Of a DNA stretch of 37,758 bases, positions 1-10,900 are shown one piece after another. The stretch is from a virus (Duplodnaviria > Caudoviricetes), in the IMG/VR virus record IMGVR_UViG_3300042924_000307, positions 1-37,758 of that record. One strand, written 5' to 3'. The notes under the pieces were generated by a model, which made no database searches, had not been told where the DNA came from, and saw nothing but the letters and a program-made list of their open reading frames with translations. Numbering within the stretch: position 1 is the first letter of the stretch; the number at the start of each line of letters is the position of its first letter. The translations under genes were made by a program, and so were the position numbers.

Positions 1-1
1 G

Positions 2-109
2 AGCAAAGCGAAGGTGACTTCTTGTGCTGACATGGTTGGCATTCCGGTGGAGGTTTCATTCAATGGAAGCACTCTGCATTCATGGCGCATTCTTGAGGAG
101 GTGCTATGA
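2..109 (+). CDS. Partial (5'-truncated) phage hypothetical protein ending ...GIPVEVSFNGSTLHSWRILEEVL
   Basis: Open frame from base 2 to TGA at 107-109, overlapping the next ATG (ATGA coupling). Confidence 0.6.
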   Translation, partial: SKAKVTSCADMVGIPVEVSFNGSTLHSWRILEEVL

Positions 110-438
110 CACAAGATGAAATCATTAAGATGTTGCGGAATTCTGGGGCCATTGTCACCCCGATTGGTTTTGTTACTGAGCCGCCAACTTTGACTGTGGT
201 AGATGTAATGGAACGCTTTGCCAAGCTAGTAGCACAGCACACGCTTTCTAACATTGACCCAAGCAATTTCATGTCGTACCAAGAAGGCATGAAAGCAGGG
301 CGTTTAGCCGAGCGTGAGGCGTGTGCAAAGGTGTGTGATTCGCTTGAGGAGCAGTGCGAAAAACTTCTTGTGCCTGACGAGAAATGGCCGACACCATCTG
401 ACTGCGCCAACATCATCCGAGCAAGGGGACAAGCATGA
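106..438 (+). CDS. Phage hypothetical protein (AEREACAKVC-type small accessory protein)
   Basis: GAGGAGG RBS upstream; ATGA overlaps at both ends; EREACAK..C and IRARG motifs are common in small phage ORFs. Confidence 0.8.
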   Translation: MTQDEIIKMLRNSGAIVTPIGFVTEPPTLTVVDVMERFAKLVAQHTLSNIDPSNFMSYQEGMKAGRLAEREACAKVCDSLEEQCEKLLVPDEKWPTPSDCANIIRARGQA

Positions 439-674
439 CCCCAATAGCATGGTACGACCCAAGCAACGGCATGGTAAGTACAGATCAAGACTGCCCTTTG
501 TTTACACCACTGGGTCAGGTGTGGGGTTTGTATCCGGAGCGGGAATGGATAGGGCTGACAGATGAGGAGATTTTGGTTAAGTGTGAATCTGTGCCTGACT
601 ACGACATTGGCAATCATGACCTGATTCAATTTGCCAAAGCCATTGAAGCTAAACTCAAGGAGAAGAATACATGA
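435..674 (+). CDS. Phage hypothetical protein (WxGLTDEE...AIEAKLKEKN type)
   Basis: AAGGGG RBS, ATGA coupling, recurrent phage C-terminal motif. Confidence 0.8.
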   Translation: MTPIAWYDPSNGMVSTDQDCPLFTPLGQVWGLYPEREWIGLTDEEILVKCESVPDYDIGNHDLIQFAKAIEAKLKEKNT

Positions 675-901
675 CGTTAACTGAGATACGGCAATATTTT
701 TCCGACAAAGGCATTAGTCAGCGGGAAGTTGGCAGGTTCATTGGCGTAGATGATAGAACGATACGTCGTTGGTTTTCTGAAGAAGGCAGTTGGCCTAAGC
801 TTTTTGAACTGGCGATAGAAGCTGATATGTTTGATGTTGACCATTACCCTCTGGAGCGCATCAAAAACAGATTAAAAATAAGGGGAAGAACACATGACTG
901 A
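671..901 (+). CDS. Small helix-turn-helix DNA-binding protein (XRE/Cro-like)
   Basis: GISQREVGRFIGVDDRTIRRWF fits an HTH pattern; AAGGAG RBS. Confidence 0.75.
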   Translation: MTLTEIRQYFSDKGISQREVGRFIGVDDRTIRRWFSEEGSWPKLFELAIEADMFDVDHYPLERIKNRLKIRGRTHD

Positions 902-1130
902 CTGGACTAAAGAAGAAGACGAAGCCTTTAACGAGGTTGAGAAGCATAGCAACCTTGGCAAGCAGATTCTGCGTGACATTGAGGGTCAACCTTACCACTT
1001 TGATCTTTACGTTTCACCTTCACAGAGAAACGAAGTACTAGAAGAGGTTGCTAAGGAGTTTGATGCCATGATCGCCTTTGGTGACACAGCGGCATCATTT
1101 GCAGTATTTGTAAGGAATATGAAGAAGTGA
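894..1130 (+). CDS. Phage hypothetical protein
   Basis: AAGGGG RBS; overlaps neighbours in a tightly packed operon. Confidence 0.75.
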   Translation: MTDWTKEEDEAFNEVEKHSNLGKQILRDIEGQPYHFDLYVSPSQRNEVLEEVAKEFDAMIAFGDTAASFAVFVRNMKK

Positions 1131-1312
1131 ACGGATTTGTAAGACAACAATTAGATTTAAAAGGTATGCAGCCCAGCCTGCACCAGTTTAAACAATGTGA
1201 TAAATGCACGCAGCAGAAACCACCAGAAGGCGGCATCCAGATGGGTTTAAACAAATGGTACTGCGCCGGTTGCTGGACTTTACGAGCAACACGGAGACCA
1301 AAGAATGCCTAG
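1127..1312 (+). CDS. Small zinc-finger-like protein (CDKC...CAGC)
   Basis: GTG start overlapping the previous stop; two CxxC pairs. Confidence 0.65.
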   Translation: MNGFVRQQLDLKGMQPSLHQFKQCDKCTQQKPPEGGIQMGLNKWYCAGCWTLRATRRPKNA

Positions 1313-1496
1313 ACCTAAACCACCGTCAACACTCAAACATCGGTACATTAGGATGTCTGATGTTGAATGGTTGATGTTTCAAGAGTTGGGTGGCGCAGAA
1401 TGGCTACGTAAGTTTGTCAGGAAGAAGGCAACACTACCAATCAACCACTACGAAAAACAGGCTGAAGATGAACGAATGCAAAAAAGAATACTGTGA
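1305..1496 (+). CDS. Small hypothetical protein, possibly ribbon-helix-helix-like DNA binder
   Basis: MPRPKPP..RYIRMSDVEW..LGGAEWLR pattern; GGAG upstream. Confidence 0.6.
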   Translation: MPRPKPPSTLKHRYIRMSDVEWLMFQELGGAEWLRKFVRKKATLPINHYEKQAEDERMQKRIL

Positions 1497-1680
1497 GTTC
1501 ATAGGCAGTAAAGCCTTTGAAGATGACGACGGATGGAGCTACGAAGTTTGGCAGGCAGCCCAGCAGGCTGTGTTTAAACGCCTAGCAAAGAGGTTCATGG
1601 CTTATGGCGACATCGATTACACCGGTAAAGAGATAGCCAACTACATCCGGTTTTTGTCTGAGCAAGATGTACAGAAATAG
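1468..1680 (+). CDS. Phage hypothetical protein (probable start MNECKK at 1468 inside ORF 1390..1680)
   Basis: Fills the gap between coupled genes; start codon uncertain. Confidence 0.55.
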   Translation: MNECKKEYCEFIGSKAFEDDDGWSYEVWQAAQQAVFKRLAKRFMAYGDIDYTGKEIANYIRFLSEQDVQK

Positions 1681-1954
1681 AAAACTGCTTGACCTTGTGA
1701 GGGAATCACCATGTCAGATCTGCGGGGCGCAGGATGGCACGGTGGTTGCCGCTCATTCAAACCAACAACGGGATGGCAAGGGAATGGGACTCAAGGCCCA
1801 CGACTACAGAATTGCGGCACTGTGCTACACCTGCCATGCCAAGATTGACCAAGGCTATGAATGGACCAAGGACGCTAAGTTCAAAGCTTGGGATGAAGCC
1901 CATCGCAGAACCATTGGATGGCTCTTTGAGGGGGGTCATCTTACTGTGCAATAG
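1667..1954 (+). CDS. Zn-binding HNH-like nuclease, DUF1364/YbcO-like
   Basis: CQIC...TVVAAH...GKGMGLK.HD...ALCYTCH..ID motif. Confidence 0.75.
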   Translation: MYRNRKLLDLVRESPCQICGAQDGTVVAAHSNQQRDGKGMGLKAHDYRIAALCYTCHAKIDQGYEWTKDAKFKAWDEAHRRTIGWLFEGGHLTVQ

Positions 1955-4900
1955 TTTTCTTAATTTCTCGGATGTTAGATGTCATTGCAATCTGAGCTTG
2001 CGTGATGGCTGATAGCGTATCTCGCTTGTCTTCAGCAGACATGTCTGACGATCTGATTTGGATAACCGCTTCACGTAACGTTTTCATTTGTTTCTCTACG
2101 CTACTAATGTAGTTGCGTATACCAAACAAGTGAGCGTTCTTTTCAACATAGTCAGCCATGTCTTCCACGTTTCCTGTGCGCTCCATGAGATTGACGGTTC
2201 TTACAACCTCATCTACGGAGTTCTTCAGGTCATAGTAAGCGGTGACAGTTCCTTTGGCTTCCTTGTCCACAATGAATCGTTTGATCACGGGCATCTGTTC
2301 AAAGCGCTTGGCTGGCTTAGGTGAGTCGCCATTACTAAACAGGACTGCATCAATCAGGTCAATCGCATACATACCAAGAGATCCTGTGTAGCCCTTCATA
2401 ATGTGATCCACAATGATTGGGGACTCACCCAAAATTCCACCCAGTCTCTTAGCGGCTTCTGAGGTATTGGGAGCCATTTGGTATTCTTTGGCTACGTTCT
2501 CCATACCCTGTCCCACAATAGGACGCATTGTGAAGAACGAGTAGTTTGTACGAGCCTCAACAAAAGGCAGGACGGTCTGAGGGATTGGGTTAAACGCAAA
2601 TGTATTAATCAAGTTGCGTTTAAACGAGTCAGCCATATCCTTGCCGGTGTCGCTACCAAATGCGTATTCAAGAATACGTTCCGGAACAACTTTAAACAGG
2701 ACACCAACCTCAAAAGGAATTGGGATACGGATACCTGCTGACGGGAACAACCAATTGTTATCCCTTGTCTCTTGCTCTTGGTTTAGATATTCCTCTTCGT
2801 CATGGGTCAGGAACCAATACATGGACGTAAGAGCCATGAGAGTTGCACCACGGATAAAGAACGACTTCTGAATAGCGGCGGCATCTGCAGTAGCCATCTT
2901 TCCAAAGGCGGCACGGTAGAACACATCCAAGCCCTGCATACGAGCGTTAAGGAATGGCACAGCCGCAGTCAGAATACGAACAATGGCAAGGTTACCTTTA
3001 CGGTTGAAGTTCATCACTTCCATTGCACGGAAGATAGCTTCTGCTTCATTGCCTGTCTTCTCTAAAGTGGCTTTGTAGACTGCCATGCGGGTAGCGGCAT
3101 CAGATGCTTCTGTACCCTTTTCCAGACCGCGCCAGAGGCTTGTAAATGGCTTGAGAGCCTTCTCTGTACCAGTCTGAGTTCCTGTGGCTCTGCGTAGGCT
3201 TTCACCCAAGATAACACCGCTGTTCTCAACACCAGCGGCAAACTCATAACCACCAACCACACCCGCATTACGCAGGGCAATGTAGATAGGATCATTGCCG
3301 CCAATAGCCCTGCCAAAGTTAGCAATGGTAGAGGCGATAGGTGTCATCTTTGCACCGCTGGTAACCCACGCAGACAATGAGTCACGCATCAAGTTAGCCA
3401 TCATAAAGCCGGGATCTTTAGTCACCAAGTTACGGAGCAGATTTGCTGGCGCAGCAAAGAAACTTAGGAATGGCAATTCTGGTAGGTTTAAACTCTTGAC
3501 GGCATCAATGAACAACTGATCTGCTACGTCGTAAGAAACAGGTTTACCGTTCTCCAAGACTGTGACAACGCCGGGGGCGTAGGACACATCTTGACGCTTC
3601 TGGGCAACGTTTAAATACATAGCCTGACCAATAGCACGTTGAGCCGCAGTGTTCTTCATTCCTGATTGGATAATGGACTGCGTGTTACGGACAATGGTTT
3701 CTAGGAAGTCAGCAAAAGGAACGTCTTGTCCTTCTTTCAAACCCTTAAGCTTCTTAGGAGGAGTAACTCCTGAGATGTTTTGGAACAGTCTAGGACCGAC
3801 AGTCGTTTCACCATCTATCTGACGATAGAAGGGAATGTAGTCAGAGTACTTCATAAACTCTGCGGCCTTCTCAGGCGACAGAACTCCAGTAGAAACTGCG
3901 TACTTCATCAGGCCGTTGTTGTACTTAATCCAGTCTTCCTGCACCTGTTTAAACTCAGGATATTTAACCAGAAGTTCTTTGGCGTAATCTATCTCAGCCT
4001 TTGTGTAGGTGTGATCTGTGCCGTTAGCTAACAGACGAGAACCCCGCAGAGAACCAGCCCAGAATTGATAGGTTTGATAGATACGAGGATCACCAATCTT
4101 AGCCAAAGGCATGAGGATTTCTAGGACACCCTTCTCGCCATTAGCATTGCTGATTGTTGTGTAGCCTTTGTTAAAGACAGGGATGCCACCTTTACCTTCA
4201 ATACCGCAAGCCATAGTTGCAATAGCGGCGGCATTGTCTGACATCAAGGCGGCAGATTCTGCGCTTGAGTCAGCAAGCAGAGCGGCTCCACCCATACGCT
4301 TGGCAACTTCCTTGTCATACACACCAAGTTGGTTATATCGGTTTAGGAATTGTTGGCGCAGCGCATCTACGCTCTGTGGTTTAAACGCATTAATAATGCG
4401 CTCAAAGAAACCTTCTTGCTCACGGCCCGGGGCAATGCGGTTAATACTAGAGTTGATAGCCGCACCGTTAGGCAGTGTGCTAACTTCGTTTTGAACGTTT
4501 CGCAGACTATAACGGATGTCTTTAGATTCGCTGTAATCACCAAGGTTGCCTGTAGCTGACTTAACTTGGTTAGCGTCAAAGACTGCAAGGTTCTTTCTTC
4601 CACCTTCTAAAACATAGAAGGAATCAAAACCCGCATCTTTAATTGCTTGTTGAATATCTGCGTTCTCAATAATAGACCAGATGCCATTCTTAATGGCAGT
4701 CTCAGGCAGACTTCCACTCTCATTGCGGCTGTCTAACAATGCCTTATATGTTCTACGAATTTCTTCAATGCTGTCTTGGTTTTCGTAGTCAAACGGTTTC
4801 TCAGCACGTACCCACAAAGGATAGATGTATGGCTTGCCTTGCGCCTTGCCGAGGCGTTTAAGAGAGGCAAAGAACTCAGCATCATTTGGATTGGTGCTGA

Positions 4901-7900
4901 CAAAAATAGGCTTACGCTCAGAGAAGATGTTGAACTCATTTGGCGACCCATGATAGGCAACCATTGGGCGACCTTCTTCTTTGAATATGCTTTTACCAAA
5001 CCAGCGTTTAAACTCTGGTGTTGTTGGCGGAGCTTTCTTGTAGGCAGCATTCTCTGCGGCTTCGGGAGAGCGATAGAAAGACTTGAGGCTTTTCTTGCTT
5101 TCTTCTATACTTGACTCTTTAGAGGAGGCAGGTATGTTTAAAGTTCCTGAAGGCGCTAAGGTTTGGGCACTAGATGCCACACCAATTTTAGAACTCAAAG
5201 ATGGCTCAGTAGTCTTTGCCGCTAGACCAGACATCTCTGTGCCACCAGAAACATTTGCCAAGGCAGAACCTGCCGATGAAGGCGATATGGCATTCTGGGC
5301 AAAACGATACGCCTGACCATAAAGATCACGAGACAGGTCATCAAGCATGGCCTTCTTTGGATCTCCATCTACCAAGTTACGGCTCATTGCATAAAGCACA
5401 TGACCGCTGGTCTTGGCCTTGATCATCTCAGGAATGTTTAGTTGAATTTCAACAGCAAGACCGTTAGGTAATCTAACGTTCATCAAAATGTCCCGATAGC
5501 CTGTGTCCTGTGGATTTGTAAAGCGATCCTTTACACGCAGAACTTGCGGGAACTTCTTCTTGATTAACTCAAGCGCAGGTTGAATCTGACTCTCGCTATT
5601 GACAACGATGGTTGCACGTAGCAAGTCCATGATGTCAGAACCTTTTGGATTGCCAGCAATACCATCTTCAGTCTCAAGAATAAGCTTCTCTGCGGCTCTT
5701 CCCAAACCTTTAAGTCCGGGGATACGTGCCTCGCCATCTACTTCAGCGGCAATGTCTCTAATCTGTTTATCAAATTTAGGCTTGATTGCATTTGCCTTGT
5801 TGACATAAGGCATCAATGCTTGTTCAGCCTTAGCACGTTGCTCGGGCGTGACGCTTAAATTCTTAGGCTTCTCGGTGTATGTATTGAGAACCTCTTGAAT
5901 TTTGTAGAGAGTGCCATCACTGATAATCCCACGCAGATTTTCAGACTTCTGCGCGGCTTCAGTTGTGAGGGGAAGACTTAGCTTTCTTCTTCCTCTTTGG
6001 GAGGCGGGTTCTCCGAGTTCTGCTTGGAGTTGTCGAGTGGCTTCATCCCGAAGAACACGACTCCGCTCCCGAACAATTCCTCTTTCTCCTCTGGGGTCAT
6101 CTGACGGATTGGCATAGTTGTAACTTTCTTTTTCAGGGAATGCGGAATAAACATCTCCAACGGAAATATTGTAATCACCCTTTAGTTGATCATCAATCAA
6201 TGATGCCAACTCATTAGAATCAACGTTGGAATAATTCAACAGAATCATCTTGCCGTTCATGGTGGTTTGACCACCAATAGGCGTTTCTCCATCAACCTTG
6301 ATCTTACGAAGTTCTTGATAGATCTTGTCAATCTTGGCTGGGTCTTGCGTGTTTAAATCAACAGTGATGGCGCTGACTTTGTCTAAGCCTTTTGCTGGCT
6401 TAGGCGAAATAACCATCATGCTGTCTTGAGACAAAGCAAAGCCAATGAACTTGGAGATCTCTACGGAGTCACCAGAATTAAGGAATAAAGCAAATGATGG
6501 GTTGGTGTCATCCATATAACTACCAACTTGCGGGGCGATGTATCCATCTACATCAAAGTCAGCCATAGCCTTGCGCACAATGCTGCGTGCAATCTTTTCG
6601 CTAATGTTTAAACGAGTAGCTTGGTCTAAATTTCTCCACCGGTTGCTCAGTTCAACATTGTTGGGATCTGGCGCAACCTCAAAAACAACTTTCTTGCGGC
6701 GTGGCGCTTCACGCTCTTGCTCGATTACTGTTTTTGTTCTGTACTTTTCAAGGAACTCTTCCCGTTGTTGAGCTTCAAGCGGGCCAATTCTGTAAGGTTG
6801 TGTGCCAGCTGCTTGAGTTCTTTTGGCGACTGGCGCATTAGCCAATCGTTGTGTTGTTCTTGATCCAGATTTTGCTGCTGCGCTAAGTTGTCCTGCATCA
6901 TATCCCTCCTTTGTGAGAATCTTTTCCATTGCTCCTGCGTAGCTTTGACTTGTTACACGCAGTCTTACGCCAAGAGCCTTGTACAACTCTTGTTCAGGAT
7001 ACCAAATAGCCGCTTGCAAAGAAGCAGGCGGTACTCGCTTACCGTATTTTTCTTCAACCATGTCCACCATTTGACGGACAACATCACGCAAGTTTCTGCG
7101 TTCTGAACCACTGGCTGGCGCATCTCTGGGCTTATCTAATGAGTTAATCATTGACTCTGCCGCACCGACCAGCTTTGATTTTTCTTTTGTTTTGTCGTTG
7201 TATCCAGCGCGATTAACTTTGTAGTCACGCTCATGCGCACTCTTAACTTTACGCGCCAAAGCCTCAGCCGCATCATCATCTGTCTTTGCGGCTTCTACAT
7301 CTGCGTCATTAAACTGATTGGCAAAGACGCCATTGTCGCCTTTAATGTTTAAAGCATTTCTAAATTTACCAAGCTGTTCTTTGTAAAGCTCGGGATCAAA
7401 ATCTTTTAAGTTGCCAGTCAAACGACCAATGGTTCGCATAAACCACATGTCCATTGTTGTTGGCTCAAAGTTACCGTTTAAATTGGAATAGAAACCAAAT
7501 CCAATCTTCGGCCCAAAGACGGAAGAGCCTAGAACCTTCTCATCTTTTAGTTCTCCCTTGATGTCAAAGCCAGCACTGCGCATTTCATCAACAGTGAACT
7601 CTGTCTCAAGGAACTGACGCATAAGGTCTGGCCCCATGTCAGTCAGTAAAGCGTTAGCTAACTTAAAGTTGCTAACCATTGCGCCTTGATCAGCACCTTG
7701 GCCTATCTCTGGGAAACGTTTGTTAATTCTAAAAGAGTCATAGACTTTCATTGCAAACGCAAGATTGTCTTCAACGTTTAAACCCTGAGATGTAATAGCC
7801 ATTCCAACCCGGAAGGCTGATCGAGCATTTGGATCTGTATTGAGTTCTGGGTACTTAAGACCAGCCATACCCAATGTCTTGTTAATGACCGAGTCATACC

Positions 7901-10900
7901 ACTCAAGGTTAGCGCCACCAGAACGGATAGCCGCCATAGCCTCAATTGTCATCAATCTAGCAAGAGTCTTTCTGTCTTCCGGCTTTTCTGTATCAAGTAA
8001 AGGCAAGCCTGACTGACGACGTAAATCTTGCAAATGTTGAACAACAGCAGGCAACCTACCAATATCTGGGCCTTCAAACTGCTCAATGCCAGCTTTTCCG
8101 GTTTGATAAAGCAAAGATGTGGAAGCAAGCTCTTCGGGAGTTACTTCCATCTCATCAATGATGTCGTTTAAAACCTTTTCATACTTAGGCTGTATGGCGG
8201 GGTTAAGCATTCCATACTTTTCAGTCTTAAGAGCCATCTTAGACTCGCCACCAACGGTCGGAGCAGTACCCTTAAGCTCACCCTTCTCAATCTTGGCAAA
8301 GACATCCTTGTAAGTTTGGAAGCCTTGACCAGTTAAATAACTACGCAAGGCAGAGAAGAAATTACGCAACTTATTTAAGAGCGCAGTCAGCATTCCGGGA
8401 GGCGCTTTGGTTGCATCAAAGTCACCAAATGCATCGGCAATGGCCTCTTCAATCAGGTCTTCTTCGGTCAAACCATCTTTACTAGCAATGCCGGGAGTTT
8501 TGTAGGCTTCGTAACGGCTGATGACCTTGCCATCGTCAGTACGATAGCTCTTATCCTTAAGGTACTTCTGCACCCATTCTTTACGAGCCTGACGCTCCAA
8601 CGCAGACCACTGCTGGGGAGTGAAGAACCCCAGCTCTTTCAAGGCGTGGATAGCTTCATGGCGCAGGGTTTGAATAGGTTTTTCTGCGCTCAGTGCAATT
8701 TGAATAAGTTTTGCTTGGTAGGAGCCTTCAGCGCCACCCTCAATAGCATCAACAATCTTGAGGCCAACATCCTTTAAACCAAACTTGGTAAGCAGGGCTG
8801 GAAGCTCTACTTTCAACCTGTCCAGTTTGTCTTGTTGCTCAGGCGTTACCGCTGTTGCAGGAGCGCCCGTAACCGGCAATGCTGCTCTGCGTTGTATCTC
8901 TGCGTTTACACGCTGCTGTAACGCGGGCGAGCGCTTCTTGGCCAGCTCCTGAAGGTCTGTATCGGATAGATCCTCAAAGATGGCTTGTTCGGCCTCTTCA
9001 CGGGTCTGTTTCACCGTCTGAATGCCTTCGCCTTTACGCACTACGTAAGACTTAGGTTTAACCTTTGTAACGCCAATAGGAGCAACAGACAAGGGAGTTT
9101 GGTAAGACTCTTTCCTAGCCTTCAACTCGGCAATACGGGGGAATGCTTCATCAGTTACTTTTTGGTAAGCATCCTGTGCCGCCTTAAATTCTGGAGTACT
9201 GCGGTTGCCTGCAAGGATAAGTCTTTGGACTTCCTTCTCAGCCTTGCTTATCTTGGCTTCTTCGGCTTTAAGAGATTCATCAATGCTCTTAATTTCTTCT
9301 GCGGTCAGCTTGTTTAAACCTTCAACCTGTTGGTCGGCAGATTCTTTGGTTGTATGTTCGTCCAAAACCTCATCGCCACGTCTAACTTCATAGGAGGTAG
9401 CCTGCTCCTGCTCTGCACCAACTTCTTCAGAAATGCCGTATCCAGTAGGTGTAGTACGTGAGGGGACACTAACTTTTTTGTTTTTGGTAACAACATCACC
9501 CTTACGAGCGGCATCATTAATCAAAGCATTTACAGCAGAACCCTTAAGTCCTGTGGCTGTTTCTATTGCGTTTGTAACATCTTTAAAACCTAGCTCATCT
9601 GTGCCAAGCTCATCCATCTTGGTGTTTAAACTATCAATAGCCTGCGTAAACTGCTGCGGCGTGTAGTTTGTAGCGTTTAAACCTTCTGGCAGCGACTGCG
9701 TGGATGTAAATCCGGGCAGCTTTGCAAGCGCAGTAACAGCCGCATGGAGTTGTGGCTGAGACATCTGAGCAGGATCACTGACACCAGTTGTCCTAACAAG
9801 GAAGTCCTCAAAGCCCTGCGTACCTGTTTCAACGTTCTTGGCTTGAGCAGCTTCAATGATCTGCGTGGGCGTGTAAACCTCATTGGTGTAGCCGGTCTTC
9901 GCTGCAATTATTGCGTTTAAACTTGCAGACTCTGCTGCTTTGTCTTTTCCCGGCAGCGCATCAACAATGTCATCTAGACTAAAAGAAGTGAGTGCTGGCT
10001 TACCTGTATCAATACGGTGTTGCTCAACAACTTTAAATAAATCTGCACCAAGATCATCAGCAGTCAACATTCCCAGTGGGTTCTGGGTCATGCTTAACTC
10101 ATCGTTAATCTTCTTTTGGTTGGCTGCAATCTCTTCTTGCTGTTGTTTCTGGTATTCCTGCTGGCCTTTAAATTCATCCTGCACGTACTGCTGACGCATC
10201 TCTTTTAACTTAAGAGGAGATGCTCCAGCACCCAATATGCCACCTACTAATGCGTCATTTATAGCGTTGGCTAATACACCTTGGGTTAAATCTCTTTCAA
10301 CACCAGCTTGGTTAAGTGCAACGTTTGTACCGACAGTGCTAACCGCAGACTGAAGAGCTTCAGGCAAAGCTTCAGCTGCCGTGCTTCTACCAATAGCTTG
10401 CGCTACTGTTGGCTCAGGCAACTTTAATGATGGGCCTTTGACTTCAGGTAGTTTCTTGCCTATACGACCAACAAGCGATTCAACGCCTAGTCCACCAGCA
10501 AGAGCGCCAGCCGCACCGCCAGCAAGTTGACGTGGTGCATTCTCTAAAGAGTATTCTGCGGCTTTCTGAGCCAAACGTTCCGCTTCTTCTTCAGGTATCT
10601 TTCTATCAAGCAACTCACGCTTGACAGTCTCGTAGTCTTGGCCTTTCTGACCACCGACACCCATCATTGCGCCAACAGTAGATGCAGGGAGAGAGGAGGC
10701 AACTTTGGCGGCAGTACTGGCTGATACACCTAGCGAAGTTAATCGAGCGGCGGCGGCAGGCACAGCGGCTGCAGGCATTAACGCAGTTCCAAGAACCATA
10801 GGAACTATTGAGCCAGCACCCTGTGCAAGGGTCTGTAATGGAGCTTCAGCAAAGCCGCCAAGGACAGCTTTAATTTCTTCTAATGTATTGCCTTCAGCTT

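Noticed and set aside
60-629. 189-aa minus-strand ORF and other alternative-frame ORFs in 1-2012
   Set aside because: Antisense or out-of-frame shadows of RBS-bearing, ATGA-coupled + strand genes; no recognisable motifs.
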